DNA of 64,000 nucleotides, from IMG/VR virus record IMGVR_UViG_3300010403_000002, positions 12,216 through 76,215 of that record; one strand, written 5' to 3'. Within the stretch, counting starts at the first letter, position 1. Each line of letters begins with the position of its first letter. Below are positions 56,821-64,000 of this stretch, in pieces. This DNA comes from a virus. The notes under the pieces were generated by a model. That model did no database searches. It saw only the letters and a list, made by a program, of their open reading frames with translations, and had not been told where the DNA came from. Made by a program: the position numbers and the translations under genes.

Positions 56821-58762
56821 TTATCCGGTTGCCTGCCACGGCGGTTACTATCCGAGCGCGCCCGCGCTGCCGCCCGCCGAGTTGCAGCATACTATCCGGG
56901 CCGGGCGCAACGTCTGGTTGCGGCTGCTCGGCAAGTTGCAGGTGGCACGTGGTCCCGCGCAGATTGCGGCTACCAATGTCGGCCCGCGCCTTTTCAGCAT
57001 GCAGACTGACCGGGTGGCTTTTGGCGGCGCGCTCGTCTCTGACCGCATCCCTTATGCCGGATTCTTGCGGTATGAGCACGCGGTTGTCTTCTACCTGAGC
57101 GAGAACGTCAGCCAGAGCATTTACGTCAACGAGGTCGCGGCAAGCGGCTTGCAGACCTCGAGTGTGGCGGGCAAGTTGCGCATTGGGATTCCGGACGGGT
57201 CGGGGGGTTACACTTCTTACGACGCCGGTGTTGACCCACCGGTCTTGGCCAGCGGTGATGTCACGGTGGGAGCTGGCGGCACTAAGGCGATGTCGGGCGA
57301 CACGGGTGTGTCGCTTTCTCACTGGCGGAGTATTACAGATGCCGTCAGCGCGCCATCGGCGACGATCTACAAAGCGGCTGCGCCGACCACTGCTGATCTG
57401 TTTCACGTGGCGTTGCCCGCGCTGCCTGCTGGCTGGGATGGCTTTGTGCTGGCGGGTACGCGCTGGGGCGACCGCAGCGGCGATGTCCGTATTATTCGTT
57501 TTGTCTATAAGACACCGCGCGGCACGTTCTCAGCAACCAATGGCAATGCCAATCTCGCAGGTGACGCGAATACGCGCTGGCTGAAAGACCTGCGACCGGG
57601 TGATGTGACCGACGCGGGCACGATTGCGACCGTGACCTCGGATAGTGCGGCTACGTTGACAGCGGGCTACGGTGGCACCACTGGCGCGGGTAAGACGATG
57701 ACGCTGACCAACGTTGCCGCCGATTGGTATAACGGCGAGTTAGGCAGCTTGATCAATCGTGACGCCGAGAAGCCGGGCGTGGCAGCGGGGGTACTGGCTT
57801 ACGCAGGGCGCGTTTATCTGTGGGGCACGGACGGCGCAAGCGGCAACCCGACCGGGCCGGGCATCCGCCCGCTGTTGCTGAATAATCCCGAATTCATAGA
57901 CACAACCGTCATTCTGACCGAAGAGAAGGACGATCTGCTCAACGTCCTGACCGGCAATAACGCGATGTACCTGATGACCAACAATACGTTGGAATCAGTG
58001 ACGTTCACGGGCCGGGAAGACTTGCCTTACGTCGTGCGCGTGCTGCATCGTCCCGGCTTCCGGTCACCGCTAGCAGGCTGTGTGTATAAAGACCGCTTCT
58101 ACGGCTATAGCGAAAATCCGCTGCGCACCGTGCAGGATCAGAACATTGACTTGCAATTCGGCGCGCCGGTCTTCAGCGACATGGAGGGCTGGGATTCCAG
58201 TCGGGTCATCACCATGATTGACCCCAAGAATGAGGCCGTCATCTATGCGCACTGGGCAGTAGAACCGTCGGGCACGGTCACGACCTGCCTCCCGTTTATG
58301 CCGCAGTTGCCGGGTGATCCCTGGGGGCCGCCGCATCGTATTGCCGGGCGCATCATTGATTGGACGAATGCCGACGGCGAGTTGGCGTTTGTGGTCTACA
58401 CGGGCGGCAACTTCCGGGTCTATCGCTGGGAAGGCGGAGCGGGCGCAAGTGGCGCTTTTGTCGCTACACAATTTCTGAACGCGCAGAATACGGCCATGCG
58501 CTTAACTGTCAAGAGCTTCACGTGGACGGGCAAGGCTAATCAACTGAAGGCCTTTTTGCTTGAGCCGGACGACACCATCCCAGATTTAACCGATGGGGCG
58601 GCGGACGAGACTTACACGCTGTCGGGCAGCGAGAAGTCGGAAGAACAGATCGGGACGCACCTGACCAACTTTCGGGCGGTTGCCGTGCGCGTGGATTTCC
58701 CGTCAGACGGCATGTGGGACAACTTAATGATGTCGGGCTACGGACTCGAAGAGCGACGTTAG
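56804..58762 (+). CDS. Tail nozzle / tubular protein B-like
   Basis: 652 aa, beta-rich (YAGRVYLWG), position typical of podovirus nozzle/hub proteins. Confidence 0.55.
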   Translation: MPLLLDYPVACHGGYYPSAPALPPAELQHTIRAGRNVWLRLLGKLQVARGPAQIAATNVGPRLFSMQTDRVAFGGALVSDRIPYAGFLRYEHAVVFYLSENVSQSIYVNEVAASGLQTSSVAGKLRIGIPDGSGGYTSYDAGVDPPVLASGDVTVGAGGTKAMSGDTGVSLSHWRSITDAVSAPSATIYKAAAPTTADLFHVALPALPAGWDGFVLAGTRWGDRSGDVRIIRFVYKTPRGTFSATNGNANLAGDANTRWLKDLRPGDVTDAGTIATVTSDSAATLTAGYGGTTGAGKTMTLTNVAADWYNGELGSLINRDAEKPGVAAGVLAYAGRVYLWGTDGASGNPTGPGIRPLLLNNPEFIDTTVILTEEKDDLLNVLTGNNAMYLMTNNTLESVTFTGREDLPYVVRVLHRPGFRSPLAGCVYKDRFYGYSENPLRTVQDQNIDLQFGAPVFSDMEGWDSSRVITMIDPKNEAVIYAHWAVEPSGTVTTCLPFMPQLPGDPWGPPHRIAGRIIDWTNADGELAFVVYTGGNFRVYRWEGGAGASGAFVATQFLNAQNTAMRLTVKSFTWTGKANQLKAFLLEPDDTIPDLTDGAADETYTLSGSEKSEEQIGTHLTNFRAVAVRVDFPSDGMWDNLMMSGYGLEERR

Positions 58763-58765
58763 GCG

Positions 58766-59245
58766 ATGTTCCAGCTTGAAGGTGTTTATGATTTCCTCGC
58801 GGCGCAGGCGGCGGTCGCCAGTGAGACGGCGCAAGAGGCGGCGCGCAATAGCAGTTTTACCGTCACCGGCACGGCACAGGGGCAAGTAGCAATTTGGTCG
58901 GGCGCAGAGTTTCAGTCCGGGGCGTTGCTGGGCGACAGCAATGGCATCAGTGTGGCGCTGGTTACGTCGCCCGTCTTCGGCTTGCGCGTGTCGCTCAGTC
59001 AGAACCTGACGACGGCGGCTAGCCCCACCTTTGCGGGGCTGACGTTGACTGCGCCGCTGTCGGTGGGGAACGGGGGCACCGGCGCAAACAATGCCGCGGG
59101 CGCGCGCGGTAATTTAGGCGCGGCGGCGAAAGCGGCCATTACGGGTGCGACGATACCGCTGGCTAAAATCACCGGCGGCGGCACCGACGGCAGCATTACG
59201 GTCAACGCCGACGGAATCGTGACAGGGTATGTCGCACCGACGTGA
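58766..59245 (+). CDS. Tail needle/fibre-like protein
   Basis: LSVGNGGTGANNAAGARGNLG fibre motif; ITVNADGIVT. Confidence 0.55.
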   Translation: MFQLEGVYDFLAAQAAVASETAQEAARNSSFTVTGTAQGQVAIWSGAEFQSGALLGDSNGISVALVTSPVFGLRVSLSQNLTTAASPTFAGLTLTAPLSVGNGGTGANNAAGARGNLGAAAKAAITGATIPLAKITGGGTDGSITVNADGIVTGYVAPT

Positions 59246-59720
59246 GGACATCATTACGATTGAAGTGCTAGCGCCGGAGCAACTGCGGACGGTTTTCGAC
59301 CTCGGCAACGCGGCGGCGCTGGGCTGGGAATGGGAAGCCTACCGTGCGGAGATGACGAAGCCCCATTGGGCGCACTACGCGATCTACCGGGCAGACGAGT
59401 TTTGCGGTTGTGTGTCGCTTGAACTGCGCAATGCGGTGAAAGTGCGCTACCACATCAGCAAGCGCCCGCGCAGCGTGACCCCGCGTCAAGTGCGCGACCT
59501 GCTTTGGGTAATTGGCGGACAATTATTTCGCGGGGGCATTCAGGTAATCGAAGCCATTATTGACCAGGGCAATCGCGCCTCGCGGCGGTTGGCGCTGGGT
59601 TGCCACTTACGCCGCGACGGTCAAACCGCCGAAGGTGAGCGGTTTTACATCACGCCTGAGATTTACAACGACATAGAAAACAATGAGCAGCAAGCCCAAA
59701 CCGGTAACGCTTCCATTTGA
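59229..59720 (+). CDS. GNAT-fold acetyltransferase-like virion-assembly protein
   Basis: FCGCVSL...H...IEAII...NRASRRLA; position matches the GNAT-like gene found before ejection genes in podoviruses. Confidence 0.55.
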   Translation: MSHRREDIITIEVLAPEQLRTVFDLGNAAALGWEWEAYRAEMTKPHWAHYAIYRADEFCGCVSLELRNAVKVRYHISKRPRSVTPRQVRDLLWVIGGQLFRGGIQVIEAIIDQGNRASRRLALGCHLRRDGQTAEGERFYITPEIYNDIENNEQQAQTGNASI

Positions 59721-60438
59721 GCGCAAGACCACCAACGAGTACGGCTGGCAGTCCCAGGATCCGAACAATCAGTTCGTCAAGGACTACATGGACACGCCCA
59801 CCGGGGTTGATCCTGGCGCTGGTCGGCGGACGGATCTGCGCGAGCAAGAGGAAGAAGGCAGTTGGAACAGCGCTTTTACGTCGGGGCTACCGCTGCACGT
59901 GCGGATGCAAATGCAGGCGTCGAATAAGCGTAAGTTGCAATCGCAGGGCGCAGCGGAGGCGCAGCAGGCGGAGTATGAACGCAACTTGCTGGAATTGAAG
60001 AAGCGTGAGCGCTTGCTGCCACAGCAAATACTCGCCGGTAGCCATGAGACGGGTTATAACAGTCAGTTGCCGCAGAATAACGGGGGCGGATGGCTTGGCT
60101 CGACTATTGGCGCAGCGGGTAACGTTCTAGGTAGCTTAATCAGAGTCGGCGCGCTTTCGGATCAGGACATGAAAGAAAACATCAAGCCCGTTGATGGGGT
60201 GCTTGACCGCCTTGACGACTACCAAGCCAGAGAATGGGATTGGAAAGATGGCAGCGGGCACGATGTGGGTGTAGTTGCACAGGAAATGAATGAGGCATTC
60301 CCGGAGGCTGTCGTACCAGGTGATGGTAAGCGTCCCTGGATGGTTAAGCCCGCCACTGAAAATGCCATTTTGCTCCAAGGCTTAAAAGAGCTGAATGAGA
60401 AAGTGGACCGCAAGCTAACGGGAAAGGGAAAACGATGA
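59683..60438 (+). CDS. Ejection/pilot-like protein with C-terminal peptidase S74 chaperone domain
   Basis: SDQDMKENIKPV...WDWK...GVVAQEM...FPEAV...LLQGLKELNEKV. Confidence 0.75.
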   Translation: MSSKPKPVTLPFERKTTNEYGWQSQDPNNQFVKDYMDTPTGVDPGAGRRTDLREQEEEGSWNSAFTSGLPLHVRMQMQASNKRKLQSQGAAEAQQAEYERNLLELKKRERLLPQQILAGSHETGYNSQLPQNNGGGWLGSTIGAAGNVLGSLIRVGALSDQDMKENIKPVDGVLDRLDDYQAREWDWKDGSGHDVGVVAQEMNEAFPEAVVPGDGKRPWMVKPATENAILLQGLKELNEKVDRKLTGKGKR

Positions 60439-60842
60439 CAAGACGCATATTGCTCTCACTCGCACTCATTGGACTATGTTTCTGGCAACCTATTCGCGGC
60501 GCCGAAACCCGGCAAGACCGTTCGCTCAACGCCGTCACTACCGGCACGAGCATCGTCTATTCGATCAGTCAATATGACCGGATCGGGTTGTCGGTCATCT
60601 GGGCATCGGGTGTGACGGCGGGGGAGGTGGTACTGGAAACATCCCCCACCAATAACAGCGCGGCAACGTGGTCGGAGGCTATCAGCTTGAACGTCACAGC
60701 GGCGCCAACTCCGCCATCCATCAGCGCCGAGTCAATAGACATTGCCGGGACATTTGCGCGCGTGCGTGTGAGCACGACCGTGAGCGGCGGCGGCACGCCG
60801 TCGGCAACAGCCTATATCACAATGCAGAATACTGCGCGCTAG
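60435..60842 (+). CDS. Beta-sandwich virion-type protein with signal peptide
   Basis: MTRRILLSLALIGLCFWQPIRG-A; V.LETS......WS...FARVRV pattern. Confidence 0.5.
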   Translation: MTRRILLSLALIGLCFWQPIRGAETRQDRSLNAVTTGTSIVYSISQYDRIGLSVIWASGVTAGEVVLETSPTNNSAATWSEAISLNVTAAPTPPSISAESIDIAGTFARVRVSTTVSGGGTPSATAYITMQNTAR

Positions 60843-60921
60843 TCTTGCGGTTTTCGCCTCTGGCAGACGGGCGAAAAGTTGGAGCACGTAGTCTGCTAAC
60901 TCACGGGGGATACTCCTTGAT

Positions 60922-60966
60922 GACTGGGCACTATCTACGGGGAGAGTGGCAGTGCCCAGTCTTTTT
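60922..60966 (+). terminator. Intrinsic terminator
   Basis: GACTGGGCACT/AGTGCCCAGTC 11-bp stem followed by TTTTT. Confidence 0.65.
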
Positions 60967-61232
60967 ACCCGTCACAGATTTCTACAAGTTCGGTCGCCAC
61001 TGCTGATCGCTAATGGCCTGGGGGGTGCTTGGCATTGGTAAGAGGTGGTGGCGACTGAGATTTTCAACCCCACAGGTTGAGGCAGTTCCGGTCAAAGACA
61101 CTGCCCCAACCCTAACCAGTTGGGCGCGTGGTGAACACGCCCAAAAGGCTGCCGCGCAAGGTAGCCGCTTTAGGAATAAATAGCAAAGACCTTTCACCTT
61201 CCCCTTTACCCGGTAATTAATGGAGGAGAGAT

Positions 61233-63340
61233 ATGGAAGCCGTAGTAAAGCGGGACAACATGCTCAACAGCGCCACTGAAACGCTGAAGATATTCCCTGG
61301 CCCAATGCCAAACGGGACAGGCGAGTTTGTTGAGCCGGAAGGCTCGGAGGGTGAAATGCCAGCCAAGAAAGAGGACTTTTGGAAACAGAACTGGTTCCAG
61401 GTTATGGTCTTTGCGGTGTCAATGGCAGCCAGTTGGACTTACTTCTATGCTGACAATAAGGTGCAAGCCTACCAGCTCCATGAAGCTATCGGCATTACTA
61501 AGTATCTCAAGGCTGAATATGACTCGCTGAAAAATCGTGTAGATAAGCATGACGCTTCACTGAATCTCTACGATGAAATCGTGAAGTCAAACAAAAACGC
61601 GGAACAGATGAATAGAAACGCAGAGCAAATGAACAAGAATATGGAGCGGATGCTTAATAATCTGGAGCGCCGCTCAGGAAAGCGACAATGAGTAAAACGA
61701 TCACCCGACGTCTCTTTACCGGCGCAACCATTACCGGTGCGTTGTTGCCCACCGTGCGCGCCAAACCTTTCGGCTTTGAAGATTGCAAATACAAGCTGTG
61801 CAACTGTGAGGCTGAATCGCGCGGCCTAGACGAGCAGGCGCACAACTTGGCAGACCTCGGCGCGACCTTTATTGATCGGCGCGTTGCCGAGAATAAGCCG
61901 CTCGATGCGAGCGAAATTAAGCTTATTACGGAGAGCTACAAACAGATCGTGATGAATTCAAGGGCAAATCGCGACCTTGCGCAGAAGGTGGCCGATACAC
62001 TAGCGCAGCCGTTTTTACCCTGAGTGAGAACGTTATGATTTTCTTTTCGATGAATGACCGGCAATTAAAACAGATCGTTGATGCGCTTGACCGGCACACG
62101 GCGGCGACGAACGGTTTAACGGCTGCTGTGCTGGCGTTGAACACGCAGGACGGCCCAACGCAGGAACAACTTGACAAATTGTTGGCGATTCAGCGGGGCA
62201 CAAGCGAGAAATTGCAGGACGTGCTTGATGAATCGTCAGCGTAACGGGCAATCCTGCCCATTTTCAACCACGGGTAGTCTGCCCGTTTTTTAAGGAGAAC
62301 TATTATGGCAAACACTTATGATGATGCCGTCCTTGCGGCTCAAGAGGAAGATCAACTCGTTGACGCGGTTATTGCGTTTATTCAATCAATCACCACAGGC
62401 GAAAACGTGCCCCCGTCGCTGAAGGCCAAGCTAGATACGATCATCAATCTCAACACGGCTGGTAAGAAAAAGCTGTCCGATGCGCTGACTGCAAATACGC
62501 CAGTCGCGCCGCAGCCGGTAGCTTAGACTTTGGCGCAAGGGGGACGCGCCAATAACGCGCCCGGTTGCTTTCGTGAAGGATGCAGCCGGGCGCTCATTTG
62601 ATTTTCAAGGGGAGGGCAGATGTTTAATCAAGCTTTCTTTATTCGCATTCTCGTGGCCGCTGTTGTGGCGGTTATCGTTATTCTGATTGTTCCGGCCTTT
62701 CTGCGGCTGATTGGTTTTCCGGCGTCGAGCGATCTGCTGTTGATCATCAAGCTAGTAGTTGCGGGGTTGGCGCTGGTTTACGTGTTTACTGGCAGCAAGG
62801 TGATTCCTGGCTAATAAGGGTGAGGTAGTGCGATAGGCCATGGATGACATGCCGCAAGATGACGTAAAAGATATTGTTTCTTTGCGGCTGTTCTTTGAAC
62901 GGATTCTCGAAGAAACAAACCGCCGCAACGAAGAGAGATTCCGAGCGCAAGAAACGGCCATCAATGCGGCGCTGTTGGCGCAGAAGACGGCCATAGATGC
63001 GGCGCTCGCTGCGGCGGATCGGGCAGTCACAAAGGCTGAGGTTGCCGCTGAAAAACGCTTTGAAAGCCAAAACGAGTTTCGCGGTCAACTGAAAGACCAG
63101 CAGGCCAACTTTGTCACGCGGGCTGAATTGGCTTCAATTGAAAAACGATTTGATGAAAAGATTGTCGCGCTCGAACGTGAGAACGATAACTTGCGCAAAT
63201 CACGTTCGCTGATTGAAGGCGAAAAGGCGGGCAAGGAAAATCAGCAGAGGCTGTTTATGGTCGTGCTGCCTTCGTTGATTGGCGCGTTGATTTTTATAAT
63301 TGCAACCATCGTGGCAGTTGCTTACGCGGTGCGCAGGTAG
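61233..63340 (+). CDS. Cassette of six small membrane/coiled-coil genes (61233-61691, 61688-62023, 62035-62244, 62305-62526, 62620-62814, 62840-63340)
   Basis: TM plus coiled coil; Tat-like TRRLFT signal; ...ALTANTP protein; 2-TM 64-aa protein; coiled coil with C-terminal TM; internal hairpins at 62243-62290 and 62557-62593. Confidence 0.5.
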
Positions 63341-63365
63341 CAACGGCAATTCTAAAGTAACTCCG

Positions 63366-64000
63366 ATGAAAAAGACATTGTTACTCGCGTTACTCTTGAC
63401 GCTGGCTCTAGCTGTGCCTGCCTACTCGACAGACGTTACCCTTCAGGGCCACACGCTCACCACGTTACCGTTTGTCCCGCCACCCACCAGCCTGGGCCGC
63501 GACTACGAATTCACCGTCACTGTCACCAGTGGCAGCGCCCTCGTCACGATTACGACAGGCTTCCCCAGCCAGCTACTCGGTAAAACTGGGGCGACGGTTG
63601 GCATTAATGGCGTCACCTACCAAGTGACAAGTGTGCCGCCGGTTGCGACTGGTGCGCCCGTCGTTATTCAACTCAATCAACCCTACAGTGGTGTCAGCGG
63701 CTCAGCCACGCTCACGCTCTACAAGTGGGTCTGGCTGAGGATTCACGCCACACAGGCGTTTCGCCCCGCCGGTTCCACGCAAATCATCCAGGCAAGTGCG
63801 CCAGGCTCCGGTCTGTTTTATGCGGAGTACGCCGTCTCGATCATCAACACGGGCACGGGGAACGTAGCTTACATCCCAGCCATCACGCTGCCCGCGACCA
63901 CCGACAGTTCAAACCCCAACGCGCGGTATGTGGTCAGGTTCTACAGCACGAACAACACCCCGCTGGCTTTCTGGCAGTGCCCATCGAGCGCAACTGAGCT
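63366..64000 (+). CDS. Tail fibre-like protein with signal peptide, 3'-truncated
   Basis: Not in the ORF track because it has no stop; read by hand as MKKTLLLALLLTLALAVPAYS-TDVTLQG..., T/S/V-rich and open to the window end. Confidence 0.6.
   Translation, partial: MKKTLLLALLLTLALAVPAYSTDVTLQGHTLTTLPFVPPPTSLGRDYEFTVTVTSGSALVTITTGFPSQLLGKTGATVGINGVTYQVTSVPPVATGAPVVIQLNQPYSGVSGSATLTLYKWVWLRIHATQAFRPAGSTQIIQASAPGSGLFYAEYAVSIINTGTGNVAYIPAITLPATTDSSNPNARYVVRFYSTNNTPLAFWQCPSSATE

Noticed and set aside
1-64000. tRNA/rRNA genes, IS elements, reverse transcriptase/DGR, tape-measure or sheath genes
   Set aside because: No T-loop/cloverleaf, transposase, RT motif or long-tail genes recognised by eye; tRNAscan-SE and HMM searches would be needed to exclude them formally.

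Overview
The whole 64-kb window is one temperate, tailed dsDNA phage genome with podovirus-like organisation and no host DNA. It starts inside the tail-fibre module and ends in a tail-fibre-like gene. The integrase with an apparently intact attP sits mid-window, so this looks like the excised/virion form, circularly permuted. Layout: tail-fibre-like and ejection genes, including a 2050-aa protein with an M15-like peptidase (1-10.4 kb, +); a long leftward early region with HNH, MazG-like, two DNA methyltransferases, DUF5131, VRR-NUC, XF1762, DnaB, a replication initiator with internal iterons, SSB and Rad52/Sak (10.4-31.3 kb, -); an immunity switch (cro, XRE repressor, ImmA-type protease, five 17-bp operators) and tyrosine integrase/attP (31.3-34 kb); lysis genes, terminase, portal, scaffold, capsid and tail genes (34-60.8 kb, +); and a second small membrane-protein cassette (61-63 kb). 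SSB and DnaB suggest an Acidobacteriota (Blastocatellia-like) host, which is inference from recalled similarity only. Most notable observations: (1) a ~600-nt highly structured non-coding RNA with its own strong sigma70-type promoter (GOLLD/ROOL-like 3' end); (2) tail-module proteins that carry Sec-type signal peptides, some with paired cysteines; (3) a C5 methyltransferase split over two fully overlapping reading frames with four tandem repeat modules; (4) a small gene nested out of frame in a zinc-ribbon loop of the portal; (5) an HNH cassette that interrupted a tail gene and is followed by a recoded copy of its 5' end; (6) an exported 11-Cys peptide plus partner; (7) further structured RNA leaders. 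All product calls rest on motifs, gene order and recalled family signatures; no database search was run.
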